The position numbers were made by a program, and so were the translations under genes. Under the pieces are notes generated by a model, which did not search any database, was not told the origin of the DNA, and saw only the letters and a program-made list of their open reading frames with translations. Shown here one piece after another: positions 43,082-53,825 of a stretch of DNA of 64,000 nt. Origin of the DNA: Alphaproteobacteria bacterium (lineage in GTDB: Bacteria; Pseudomonadota; Alphaproteobacteria; SHVV01); assembly GCA_965261735.1 (NCBI GenBank), contig OZ253470.1, positions 192,001-256,000 of the forward strand, written 5' to 3'. Positions within the stretch are counted from its first letter, which is position 1. Each line of letters begins with the position of its first letter.

Positions 43082-43688
43082 GTAAGCCTCCGGGGTGAGC
43101 CGCCTTCTCGGATTAGTGTAATCAGGCGAGGTTGTGCGATCGGGAGTGGACACCTGTTTGGTGTCCACCAAGGTCTAAGTGGACACGATCGCAGATGTCG
43201 GAAGCAGTGGAGAATCCGAAGTCCGGGCGGGAAGGCCCGGGTGCGCTTCGTCGTCTCTGGTGCGATGCCGAGAAGCGCCGGATCGTAGCGGAAAGCTACC
43301 AGTCCGGGGTTTCTGTGTCGGTTGTGGCGCGGCGCAACGACGTGAACGCCAACCTGGTGTTCAACTGGCGGCGCCGGTTTCGCGAGCAGGCTGGCGGGGT
43401 CGGCGGCTTGGTGCCGGTGGTTGTGGAGCCGCCGCCGTTGGGTGCTGCTGCGGGGGATGCGCCGGCGGCGGGACGGATGGAGATCGCGCTGGCCGATGGC
43501 TCGCGGGTGATCGTCGACCGGGAGGTGGACGGTTCGGCGCTGGCGCGGGTGCTGGCGGTTCTGGCGCGCCGATGATCCCGGTTCCGGGAGGTGTTCGTGT
43601 CTGGCTGGCGAGTGGCGTGACCGACATGCGGCGCGGCATGAACACCCTGGCGCTTCAGGTCCAGGAGGATCTCGGGCGCGACCCGCAC
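43082..43688 (+). mobile_element. IS66 left part (tnpA 43195-43575, truncated tnpB from 43572)
   Basis: GTAAGCCTCC end; [24 protein letters not shown]; [10 protein letters not shown]. Confidence 0.88.
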
Positions 43689-43745
43689 CGCGGTTTAGCG
43701 TGGCACAGTACCGGGAGAAATCCGACCTTTGTGTACAACATTCTC

Positions 43746-46697
43746 TTAACCGTCCGGAAACGGATCCCCGTGTTCCACGTCGTCTGTCCAATAATTAAAT
43801 CTTGCCCGCAGAAAATCATCTATGGCCTCGAAATCGGGCGTTTGTTGGTGACATTCAAGTCTCAATGTTCTTAGTGTTGCGACTTGTGAAAGCTTCAGAG
43901 CCCGTCGCATAGATTCCTCAGTGTACTCTGACATTGGCGCTGGCGTCGTATTTTCACTTTCTTGGCGACCCATAGCATCACTCACACTTTCCTTCAATTT
44001 CTGCAATGCATCGCTCACTGGCGTTTCAAGCTGGGAGGCTCGATAATTCCACGTGATATTTGCTATCGCAACCAGCATATGCCAATCTAGCCATCCTTCA
44101 CGTCTCAAGTTTCTCACGATATCGAGAAACGCTGCGCATGCCGACAACCTCGCCAACGTAAATTTAATGGACGCACTAACGTTTTGGTAACGATTTCGTA
44201 TGTGCTCTGCCGAAGAGCTTTTGCTGTATCCAGGACCAGGCCCTTCAAACCAAGCCATACTTTTGTGTTCTGTTACTCGAAACGACATCGGTGCCTGTGG
44301 TATCGTCCAATTAAAACGCTCTTCATCAAATGGTCGAGAATCCGAGATACAATTCCTATAGAGATCTTCATATGGTCTTGCTATTTGGATTTTGGATACG
44401 ACGCCTTTCTTCAACGAATGTGACATCAATTCAAAAAATTCTGAATCAGAGAGAAGAGACACTTCTCGAATAATAGCCGTTACGAATCCGAAAGCTTCCT
44501 TTTGCACTTCATCCAATTCAACATTTTCCCTTTGCATTGAGAAATGGATTATCCAGAGTCGCCGTTTGTTTGATGTCTTGCTCTCAATTTTTGAATTCGT
44601 CTTACTCCGTGCTCTCACTTCGACCCTGATCTGAGATCGAAGAATACAGAGGTCTAGTCCGGCCCATTCCGCCATCAAAACCTGGGCCGTCGACATGAAT
44701 TGCTCCGCGACTGCTGTAGCCGAGTACGTATTGTCCCATGAAACGGTCCACGTTAGACCCAACTGCTTCCAGATAACCGTTCTTGTTGCCCCGACATCAC
44801 CAAACGGTTTACCTAAAAATTGACTCTGAAGATTATCCCAGACTGCAGCATTGCTCTTCTTAGACCAGACTTTGCGAGCTGCCGTGAAAGCTTCGTCAAC
44901 CATGTCGGCAAAGGGCCAATCCGCTACCAGCTCTTGCATCCGCGGTACCATGGTCGGTGTGAATCGTTCAGCTACCAATAGGGCGATCCCGGCGTGATAG
45001 CTTATCTCCTCCATTTGGGAGTCTATGGTCTCTGGGTTCTGCTCTTGATTTGGCACCAGGTGGTAAGCGAGCATTGCTGTATGCGCCAATCCTAGGAAAT
45101 CGCACCAGCAACCCTGTGCATATTCACATCTTGCAACCAGCATAAATGCCGGAGGAGCGTGACGCTTTAACTCTTTCTTGGTGGTTTGCATAGAGATGTA
45201 CGCAGCTGCCATCGCGTACTGCTTAGCCGCATACGTAAGACCCAGTTCTAGGTACCACATAGAAAGCATCATCATGGTCAGGATAGAGCCGCCGAGGGTT
45301 TCGTCAGCAAACCACGCTATCTTCGCTCGATGTAGTTCAGTGATAGCTTTTAAAATCTGGTCTCTCTCGCGCAACGCCATGCTACGGTCGCGACACTTTT
45401 CAGCAGCTTTGAAGCCACCGTACCGTTCAGCCAGAAGATCGTCCAACCTATTTGTGATATCTTCAAGTTGAGAAGCATCGCCAAGCAATCGGATAATCTC
45501 GGTCACCCTGTCCGCGAAACGCTCCAATGGGTAAAGAGGCGCGTCAACAACCAGGTCGAGCATTTCTGACCACAGACTCGTGGTCTCGTTCAAGTCCGGA
45601 TACGATGCACCGTGCATAGCCCCCTGGAACACAATAAGATTATACCCGAGTGATTCCAGATACATACATTTGTTAGTAGGTGACTGCGTAACGAAAATCT
45701 GTTCCCTCAGACGCCTCTGAATGGAAATTCCTACGACCCTAATTTCGGCAAGAGTAAGCTGAACCGCATTTTGTTGGTAGGCACCGCAGCAGTATAGAAT
45801 CAGCACGCCGGCGTCTTCGAGATCTGCAGCAATCTCCAATTGGTCGATACGCGAGAAATAGCGACGGAGGTCTTGCTCCAATCCTTCCATAGATCCGAGA
45901 CCCTGAAGGGAAGCGACAGCAATCTCATATGTCGCGCGCCAATACAATTTCTCCGGACATCCTTCATCTTCCTGAAAAGCACGCAAGCAGGATATCCAAA
46001 GTGGCAGGTCACTTTTAGCGCGGTCTGCAAACGTTGCATGTCGAACTGCAGATACCAATTCATCAAAGTTTGCCGGGTTTCTTAGAAAATCATCGCAATG
46101 TGTCCATCGTTTGACCGCAGAGTTATACCAACTGTCACCTTCTTCGGCGTCAAGGTGCGGACGAAATTCGCGCGGAATTGAAAGGAAATGTTCAGCTATC
46201 CAAAATATCTCGACGTCACATAATAGCTCTGACAAAGCCTGTGAATCGTACAATTCAAGATGTACGTGATGATGCGTGTGTGCCCATGCTTGTAACTCGT
46301 GTCTACGACCAGTGGATATGTCACAAGCAAAAAACATGTGTATGGAGGCAACACATTGACCAGGTTCCATTATGAGTTTGATGTCTTTTTTTATCTTTCT
46401 GGCAATATTGTCCTTTTGCAGTGAGCAACCGAATACGACTAGGCCTTCAGATGCCGAACCAACGAATGAAGGACAAGTTAGAGGGGATTTGTGGATATAC
46501 GTACGAAATGTCTCAAAATCACGACCTTGATCTCCACCTGCCGACACCGGTCCGGTGGCAGGAAGAATGTTGCTACATATTCGAAGCCGCGCGAAATGCC
46601 TACACATGTGCTCAAATTCGTGATGAGCATTGCGTGCCGACAATTGCCCCTCGATGGCGAAGCGTATTTGTGCGATGACTTGAGGTACGGTGGCCAA
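43746..46697 (-). CDS. large AT-rich protein: N-terminal Mrr/PD-(D/E)xK-like domain plus TPR-like helical region; candidate defence protein
   Basis: HHEFEHMC...[15 protein letters not shown]...FGCSLQK; GGAG RBS before TTG 46697; visibly lower GC than the host. Confidence 0.7.
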   Translation of the reverse strand: MATVPQVIAQIRFAIEGQLSARNAHHEFEHMCRHFARLRICSNILPATGPVSAGGDQGRDFETFRTYIHKSPLTCPSFVGSASEGLVVFGCSLQKDNIARKIKKDIKLIMEPGQCVASIHMFFACDISTGRRHELQAWAHTHHHVHLELYDSQALSELLCDVEIFWIAEHFLSIPREFRPHLDAEEGDSWYNSAVKRWTHCDDFLRNPANFDELVSAVRHATFADRAKSDLPLWISCLRAFQEDEGCPEKLYWRATYEIAVASLQGLGSMEGLEQDLRRYFSRIDQLEIAADLEDAGVLILYCCGAYQQNAVQLTLAEIRVVGISIQRRLREQIFVTQSPTNKCMYLESLGYNLIVFQGAMHGASYPDLNETTSLWSEMLDLVVDAPLYPLERFADRVTEIIRLLGDASQLEDITNRLDDLLAERYGGFKAAEKCRDRSMALRERDQILKAITELHRAKIAWFADETLGGSILTMMMLSMWYLELGLTYAAKQYAMAAAYISMQTTKKELKRHAPPAFMLVARCEYAQGCWCDFLGLAHTAMLAYHLVPNQEQNPETIDSQMEEISYHAGIALLVAERFTPTMVPRMQELVADWPFADMVDEAFTAARKVWSKKSNAAVWDNLQSQFLGKPFGDVGATRTVIWKQLGLTWTVSWDNTYSATAVAEQFMSTAQVLMAEWAGLDLCILRSQIRVEVRARSKTNSKIESKTSNKRRLWIIHFSMQRENVELDEVQKEAFGFVTAIIREVSLLSDSEFFELMSHSLKKGVVSKIQIARPYEDLYRNCISDSRPFDEERFNWTIPQAPMSFRVTEHKSMAWFEGPGPGYSKSSSAEHIRNRYQNVSASIKFTLARLSACAAFLDIVRNLRREGWLDWHMLVAIANITWNYRASQLETPVSDALQKLKESVSDAMGRQESENTTPAPMSEYTEESMRRALKLSQVATLRTLRLECHQQTPDFEAIDDFLRARFNYWTDDVEHGDPFPDG

Positions 46698-47039
46698 GGT
46701 CACACTCCATGAAGAAAGCAATGCTGTAGGTGTGCAAGCGCTGAGCAAATGTGGCGAGGCTAAACTCTGGGAAAGGCATTGGCTAGTTGCATCTCGTAGA
46801 CTTACCAGAGGCATTTCTCGTTCTGCCGCCCTTGGAGCGCGTTCCCATCGCCCTGAGCGAATGCGGAGACCGACGATTTGGAAACACAGACCGAAAGTCG
46901 AATAGTGCAATATATCGACTCCTTTCAATAGGAAAAATTGGCATATCTGACTGTGGGAGGCACGGGCGCTCATCGACTGGATTATTGGTGGGAGGGTGAA
47001 CATTATTCACTCCATTGACGCAGCGCAGGTAACGAAGTG

Positions 47040-48060
47040 TCGTGTGTGGACGCCCCCGGTGACGCAACATTTTCTTCGGTCGGCTCGGCGCATGAGGTAA
47101 GGCACAGTCGTATGTGCCGCGGGCCCTCATGGAGATGCGAGGACCGGGTCCATATCGCTTACGCGAGCTTGATGGCTCTGCGTTGCGAAGCTGGTTCTCC
47201 CGATCCCGTCTCGATCGACCGTTTGCCCTTGCCTTTCCTCAGACCTGCCCGCGTCCCCGACAGCTACCCACCCGGCTGCCCTGTCAGGCGGCGGCGGGAG
47301 CCCGATAACTTTCCTTTTTCTTCATCAGCGCCCAAACAATGCGCGCCATCCGGTTGGTCAGTGCCACGGCGACCAGCATGCGCAGGCGTGCGCATCAGCA
47401 TCCTGGCGAGCCATGGGTCGTTCGTCCGGCCGCGCCGAGCCGCCCAGCGGACGACCGCGATGGCGCCCGTGATCAAGAGCCGCCTCAGATCGCGCTGGCC
47501 CATCTTCGATATTCGGCCAAGCTGCGGCTTGCCGCCGGTCGTGTGCTGGCGCGGCACCAAGCCGAGCCAGGCGGCAAAGTCCCGGTCGCGCCGGAAGGTC
47601 TCCATCGGCGGCGCGAAGGCCTGAACCGCCATCGCGGTGATCGGGCCGATCCAGGCACGGTCATCAGACGACGCACCTCTTCGTCCTGCCGGGCGGCCGC
47701 CAGTATTTCCTCTTCGAGACTATCGATCTTCGTGCCGAGCCCGGCGATCTGCTCCAGCAGAAGGCCGGTTATTTCGCGGACCGTTTCCGGGAAATCCAGG
47801 TCCGGATCGTCAAGCGCCGACACCAAACGCCCGACATGAACCGCACCGTGGGGCGCAACGACGCCGAACTCCGCCAGATGGCCGCGCAGCGCGTTGATCG
47901 TCTGGGTCCCCTGGCGCACCAGGAGATCGCGCGTGCGGAACAGCATGCCCCGAGCCTGCTGCTTGGCGGTCTTCACTGCCACAAAGGTCATGGTCGGGCG
48001 CGACGCTGCCTTGCAGATCGCCTCCGCGTCCGCTGCATCATTCTTTTGCCGCTTGTTGTT
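47040..48060 (-). mobile_element. IS110-family (IS1111-like) remnant: 5'-truncated, frameshifted transposase plus 3' non-coding end
   Basis: QKNDAADAEAIC, RGHLAEFG, FAAWLGLVP..TGGK..GRISKMG; ~220-nt non-coding end with TGTGGACGCCCC. Confidence 0.85.
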
Positions 48061-48337
48061 CGGCTGGTGGACTGGACGCAGATCGGCTTGGAAACGTATT
48101 GATCTGTTTTGCCTTTGCGGGGTCCAGAAAGGAGTCCGAGTAACATTCTTCCAAGGTCGCACGAATGCGCGCGATCTTGCCCCGCGGGTCGCTTCTGGTA
48201 GGCTGCCCGCACCGGGAACCCTCTATGTCCTTTCAAACGCCATCGTACACTCGCCGTTCCTCACCGCCGCAGTCGCGAAGCGAGCCGCAGACCACATCAC
48301 GCGGGCAACCGGCGCAACGCGACCGCGGCCGTTGACC

Positions 48338-51300
48338 GTGCCGACAGATGCCGGAGCGGTTGGCGACCCCCGGCCGGTGCTGCACGACTGGGATCGGGCG
48401 AAGACCCGGATCCTCGCGTCCAACACGGCCCAGGGTGTGCACAAGCACCTTCGGACCCTGGAGTCCAACCGCTCGCGCGTCCTTCCGCGCTGGATCTGGG
48501 AACTCCTCCAGAACGCCCGAGACGTTTCGGACGGAAACGCGAGCCTAGTCGCCTCGGTAGAGGTGCGCGACGGCGAGCTGACCTTCTGCCACAACGGGCG
48601 CGGATTCGAACCCGACGAGATCACGCACCTCGTCTACTACGGCTCGACGAAACTCGAGCGCGACGACGCGGTCGGCCAATTCGGCAGCGGATTCCTGACC
48701 ACGCACCTGCTGTCCCTCACCATCGAGGTGTCCGGGCAACTGACGGACGGCCGAGCGTTCGCTTTCCGGCTCGACCGGGGCGGCGACTCCGTGGCCGACC
48801 TGCAGCGCCGCATGGACGCCTCGTTCGAGGCCTTCAAGTCCTCGCTGGCGCCTGCGGGCGACCGCAGCGTTCCGGGAGCCACCACCACGTTTCGGTACCT
48901 GATCGATGAGCGCGCTTCGGAGGCTGTGCAGAAGGGTGTGCGGGCCTTGGCGCTAATCGGGCCCTACGTGACCGCTGTCAACCAGGAGTTCAAGCGCATC
49001 CAGATCAAGACGGCGAATTCCGGAATCGTTCTCGAGCTGAGGAAACGGCGCGTCCTCGCCGAATACATCGAGGAAGTGGAAGTCGATGTGTCAGCGCACG
49101 ACAGCGCACCGGGGGAGCGCCGTAGCCACGTCGTCGCCGAATTCGATGGAGTAGCCGTGGCGATCCCCTTCGAGCGCCGGGGCGAGGACGTGGCCCTGGT
49201 GTCGCCGACAAGTGCGCCTAAGCTGCTGTTGGGATTCCCTCTGATCGGGACGGAGGACTTCAGCTTCCCCGCGGTTGTTCACAGCCTGCGGTTCTCGCCC
49301 ACCGAGGAGCGGGACGGGGTCTATCTCGGACAGAGCGACGATCAGGTCAATTGCGAGAATCAGGCAGTCCTCGAGCAGGCCTGCCGGCTGCTTCTTTCGA
49401 TCGCCGGGTTCGCGGCGAAGTCGGGCTGGTCGCGCACCTACTTGCTCGCCGAAGTACCGCCCGTCCAGGCGCACAGGTGGCTGAACGAGGCTTGGCTGCG
49501 CAATTGCCTCAAGACGCATCTGGTCGATCCGATACGCGCCACGCCGTCGGTTCTGACAGAGTCTGGTGGCGCCGTCGCGCCGAAAGCCTCCACCCTGCCG
49601 ACGGCCGACTCACCGGAGGCGGTGGACCGGTTGTGGTCGCTGGCCCGCGCCCTGACGGCCCTGAAGGACACACTCCCTAGACAGGCGGAGGCTCAGGGCT
49701 GGTCTAGGGCGGCCCGGAAATGGGCGGCCCTGTACGCTTGCCCTATCGACAAACTCGAAGAAACGATGGACGGGCGCGATCTCGTTGGCCACGCCGAGTC
49801 CGCTGGATCGATCGAGACGCTGCAGGCCCAGCTCGAGGACGGCGACGTGACGAGTTGGCTGGACGAACTGCACGGCTTCCTATCGGCTAACGGCTTCGAC
49901 GACGCGCTGCGAGGTCGAAAAATCGTCCCGGATCAGAACGGTCGGTTCAGCACGCTCTCGAATCTGCATCGTGACCGGGACATCCCCGGTGAGTTGAAGG
50001 AAATCGCGCAACTCGTCGGCTGGGATCTCCGTGCGGAGCTGCGGGACACGCGCTTCTGTACGCTCGCCGACGAACCTGGAGCGGGAGACGTCGATGGCGA
50101 CTTCGTCATCCTGAAACTGATCGACTGCCTACGCGAATGCATGGAGAAGCCGCTCGACGACGATACCAAGGTCGCCAACGTGCGGCTCTTCGGCTGGCTA
50201 GCCGTGCACGGTCAATGGCGTCACCTCGAAGGATTCCCCGCGTTCTCGGATGAGGGCGCCTCGAGCACTACCATAAAGCTGGTCCGACACGAGGACGACG
50301 GCTCCGAGCGGCCCCTCGCGCCCGTGCGGACATGGCCGGAGCCACTTCGGCAATACGCGGACCTGTTCCCCCGACGCCGCATAATGGCTGACGACTTCGC
50401 CGACGGACTTGACAATCCCTCGGCGTGGTCCGCGCTCGACCAGCGCAGCTTCCTCCGCACGAGTGTCCTGTACACCCGAGCGTTACCATTCGACGAGTTT
50501 TTTCCGGATGAACCCCTGCCCGAAGGGGACGAGGGCAAAGTCGATCACAAGGTAGACGGCACCGTCGAGGTCACGGACGTCGCCTTCCTGTCAATGAGAG
50601 ACATCGGGGTCCTATCCAGGGTCCGCCAGAGCCGAGTTCAGGCACAGCTCTTCTGGGACTTTCTCACTCGATGGCTTGCAGTTGAGGACGCCCAGGGACT
50701 AGAGGCCCAGGAGTCGATGTGTGTATGCGGATCGCCTCACCGCTACTATCCGGCAGCATGGCTCGTCCCCGTCGCACGTAACCAATGGGTTCCGCTGGAG
50801 GGCCGGCGCACCGATCGGGCCAGGGCACACTCCCTCGCGAACCTCGTCCGCCACAGCGAATGGCCGGCGGATCTCCTGCGAAAGAGTCCGCAGGTCGTCG
50901 CCCTCCTGAAGGCGCTCCGGGTCGGCGTGCCCGAACTCATCATGGAGCTCTTCACGACGGACAACGAGGAGCGGGAGGCCCTGGACGAGATGCTCGCGCA
51001 GCTACTGACGTCCGTTGGCAGCGACTGGGGTCGTTTGCAGGTGCTCGCCGACGACATACAGGAGGATAGGGAACTCTTCGACCACCTCGAAGAACGCCGG
51101 CAGCGCCGTCGCATGGTGCGCGAGAATCAGAGACTAGGTGCGCTCGTCGAGGAGCTGGTCAGGGAGAGTCTGGAGGGCGAGGGCTTCGATGTCCGCCGTA
51201 CTGGCGTCGGCTCGGACTTCGCCATACAGCCCCGCCCGACTGCGGAAGACGAACAAATCCGGCTCGAATTGACCCGGCGCGGCCGGACTTGGCTCGTCGA

Positions 51301-51688
51301 GATCAAGTCCGCTCGTGACGACAGCGTGAGGATGACGTCCGTCCAGGCGCGAACTTCCGTCGAACACGACTCCGACTACCTGCTTTGCGTTGTGCCGATC
51401 ATCCCTGGACCAGAGGATCCGGACATCGAGGCCGTTCGCCGATGCATGCGCTTCGTCGACGGAGTCGGCGCGCGCCTCGCAGGCATCTGTGCCGATCTGA
51501 ACAACTTCGAGAGCTTCCGCGACAGCGTCACCGTCGAAGATGCGGCGGGATTCCGCCTCGAGCTGGATTCGGGCTCGCCGCGCATCCGCATCGGCAGCAC
51601 GGTGTGGGAGGCCGGATTCGGACTTGAGAACCTCTTCTCCCGACTTACCGCGACGGACGGCGGTCGCGACGGTGCCGCCGGACATTAG
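48338..51688 (+). CDS. sacsin/NOV-like GHKL ATPase fused to C-terminal DUF3883-like nuclease; candidate defence protein
   Basis: WELLQNARD, HNGRGF, STK, GQFGSGF, F.PTEERDG; C-terminal GALVE..TGVGSDF..VEIKS; start approximate. Confidence 0.8.
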   Translation: MPTDAGAVGDPRPVLHDWDRAKTRILASNTAQGVHKHLRTLESNRSRVLPRWIWELLQNARDVSDGNASLVASVEVRDGELTFCHNGRGFEPDEITHLVYYGSTKLERDDAVGQFGSGFLTTHLLSLTIEVSGQLTDGRAFAFRLDRGGDSVADLQRRMDASFEAFKSSLAPAGDRSVPGATTTFRYLIDERASEAVQKGVRALALIGPYVTAVNQEFKRIQIKTANSGIVLELRKRRVLAEYIEEVEVDVSAHDSAPGERRSHVVAEFDGVAVAIPFERRGEDVALVSPTSAPKLLLGFPLIGTEDFSFPAVVHSLRFSPTEERDGVYLGQSDDQVNCENQAVLEQACRLLLSIAGFAAKSGWSRTYLLAEVPPVQAHRWLNEAWLRNCLKTHLVDPIRATPSVLTESGGAVAPKASTLPTADSPEAVDRLWSLARALTALKDTLPRQAEAQGWSRAARKWAALYACPIDKLEETMDGRDLVGHAESAGSIETLQAQLEDGDVTSWLDELHGFLSANGFDDALRGRKIVPDQNGRFSTLSNLHRDRDIPGELKEIAQLVGWDLRAELRDTRFCTLADEPGAGDVDGDFVILKLIDCLRECMEKPLDDDTKVANVRLFGWLAVHGQWRHLEGFPAFSDEGASSTTIKLVRHEDDGSERPLAPVRTWPEPLRQYADLFPRRRIMADDFADGLDNPSAWSALDQRSFLRTSVLYTRALPFDEFFPDEPLPEGDEGKVDHKVDGTVEVTDVAFLSMRDIGVLSRVRQSRVQAQLFWDFLTRWLAVEDAQGLEAQESMCVCGSPHRYYPAAWLVPVARNQWVPLEGRRTDRARAHSLANLVRHSEWPADLLRKSPQVVALLKALRVGVPELIMELFTTDNEEREALDEMLAQLLTSVGSDWGRLQVLADDIQEDRELFDHLEERRQRRRMVRENQRLGALVEELVRESLEGEGFDVRRTGVGSDFAIQPRPTAEDEQIRLELTRRGRTWLVEIKSARDDSVRMTSVQARTSVEHDSDYLLCVVPIIPGPEDPDIEAVRRCMRFVDGVGARLAGICADLNNFESFRDSVTVEDAAGFRLELDSGSPRIRIGSTVWEAGFGLENLFSRLTATDGGRDGAAGH

Positions 51689-51769
51689 GCCAGCCGTGCG
51701 GACCAGCGTCGCGATGGCGGTGCCGACCCAAATGCCCCCTGGTTGCCGGTCATGGGTGCGCGGGGGGGG

Positions 51770-51821
51770 GTCAACGGCAACCGAAAATCGCACAGTTTTG
51801 ATAATCGAAAATAGCACAGTT
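51770..51821. mobile_element. isolated IS21-like end
   Basis: GTCAACGGCAA followed by two CGAAAAT(c/a)GCACAGTT repeats (51782, 51806). Confidence 0.5.
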
Positions 51822-52058
51822 CGAGCGCGGGGTCGTGCCCCTAGGACGCGGTGTTGGGGTGTGGGATTCGGTGGAGCTGTGGGTAACCGGGTTGGCGCAG
51901 CGACCGCCACGAGTCTGGCGGCGCCCGCAGGTCTCGCGGAACAGCAGGACCGGCATGTCGTCCGGTGACGGCGTCCCGAACTCGATCCACGGATATTCCG
52001 TGAGGTCGGCAATGGTGGGCGGTGCCGTCGGGCAGCGGATGACCGGCATGGGTGCACA

Positions 52059-53426
52059 GTAAGCATCCGCCGAAGACCGCGGGGTATTTCGGGCTGAGTT
52101 TGGCGGCGGGGTGATGCCGGTGAGGAGCGCCAGGCGGGGCCTTGGCCTATGCAGCCCGATCGTGCCGCCGGTTGTCTTGCCAGTTCCACGGAAGGAGTTC
52201 GTCGAGCTGGCTCTGCGGCGTCCCGGCGATCTTGCCGAGGACATCGGCGAGCCAGGCCTGCGGATCGACATTGTTGAGCTTGGCGGTGCCGATGAGGGTG
52301 TACATCGCCGCCGCCCGCACGCCGCCGCGGTCGGAGCCGCAGAACAGCCACGACTTTCTGCCCAAAGCAATCCCTCTGAGCGCGCGCTCGGCGGCGTTGT
52401 TGGTCAGGCAGATGCGGCCGTCGTCGAGGAAGCGGGCGAAGCGGTCCCAGCGCCTGAGCATGTAGTCCATCGCCTTGGCCACGGGGGAATGGCGCGACAG
52501 CTTCTTGCGCTCGGCCTGCATCCAGCCCTTGAGATCGGCCAGCACCGGCGCGCTCAGCTCCTGGCGTGCGGCGAGGCGCTGCTCGGTGGGCTTGCCGTTG
52601 ATCCCGCGCTCGATGTCGAACAGCACATCGATCCGCTTCACCGCCTCCAGCGCCACGGGCGAGATCGGCGGCGCGTTCTTGCCGCGTCGCTTGCTGGCTG
52701 ATCGATACCGCGCCCCCCGACGTCGTCGGCCACAGGAACCGGCCGCGCTCAAGTCGCTTGGCGTAGAGCGAGATCCCCAGACCGTCATGCCAGAGGATTT
52801 TTACCAGGTCGCCTCGACGGCCGCGGAAAATATACAGATCCCCCGCATGGGGATCGTGCCCGAGATCCTCCTGGACCTGAAGCGCCAGCGTGTTCATGCC
52901 GTGCCGCATGTCGGTCACGCCGGTCGCCAGCGAACCGAAAGCACCCGGGCCAGCGCCGAACCGTCCACCTCCCGGTCGACGATCACCCGCGAGCCATCGG
53001 CCAGCGCGATCTCCATCCGTCCCGCCGCGGGAGCGGCACCCGCGGCAGCGTCCGCCAGGGGCGGCGGCGTCCCGGAAGGCTCGACAACCACCGGCACCAA
53101 GCCACCGGCCCCGCCAGCCTGCTCGCGAAACTGACGCCGCCAGGTGAACACCAGGTTGGCGTTCACGTCGTTGCGCCGCGCCACAACCGACACAGAAACC
53201 CCGGGCTGGTAGCTCTCCGCTACAATCCGACGCTTCTCGGCATCGCTCCAGCGACGACGAGGAGCAACCGCGCCTGCCCGCCCGGGCCCCAGATTCTCCA
53301 ATGCTTCCGACATCTGCGATCGTGTCCACTTGGACCTTGGTGGACACCTCCATGGTGTCCACTTCCGATCGCATAACCTCGCCCGATCACACTAATCCGA
53401 GAAGGCGGCCCACGCCGGAGGCTTAC
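52059..53426 (-). mobile_element. internally deleted IS66 (tnpA, partial tnpB, tnpC C-terminus)
   Basis: GTAAGC ends at 53426 and 52059; TNNAAERALRGIALGRKSWLFCGS; TAKLNNVDPQAWL..LLPWNW. Confidence 0.9.
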
Positions 53427-53428
53427 GT

Positions 53429-53700
53429 TCAACATAACTCGATGTCGGTCTGCCTGGTGCTCGCGAAATACTGCCGGGTATAGGGTCCGTAGATTTGCAC
53501 GCCCATCGACGCAACGATGCCCCTCTCTACCGACTGCGGATAAGGATAGTCCCGGCGGACGTACGGGGTGCAGCGGTACTCCGGGGCGACGGTAAAGCCG
53601 CGCCAGATGTCGCCGAGGGTCTGGGCCCCAGCGCTTCCCCATGGAAGAATGATCGTGAAGCCTGCGTTATCTGCAAGGATAAAGGTGACGGCTAGGCTCT
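53429..53700 (-). pseudogene. fragment of a secreted HNH-type nuclease family protein
   Basis: Frame absent from ORF track: IWRGFTVAPEYRCTPYVRRDYPYPQSVE..IYGPYT..FASTRQTDIE, ending beside the IS66 end; family call from recall. Confidence 0.55.
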
Positions 53701-53825
53701 TCTACCACCGCTTGGTATTTCGGCACGTAATCGTCGTTGTCTCATACGTCCAGCGATCGCGCTCCCCGGGGAGGCCGGCTGCGCAGCAGGGTGCCGCGGC
53801 CGGACCGGTATCGGCTGAACGGGTT

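Noticed and set aside
47894-48337. N-terminal extension of the 1264-aa ORF (similarly 56423-56587 and 46698-47003)
   Set aside because: Extensions overlap IS fragments or non-coding DNA; recognisable domains start downstream
51930-52058. LysR substrate-binding fragment (HAGHPL / TIADLTEYPWI)
   Set aside because: Too short and frameshifted to call with confidence
51134-53374. 746-aa minus-strand ORF
   Set aside because: Chance read-through of deleted IS66 frames and the antisense of the GHKL gene
43074-53434. Bona fide IS66 composite transposon insertion
   Set aside because: No 8-bp target-site duplication around the pair or around the second copy
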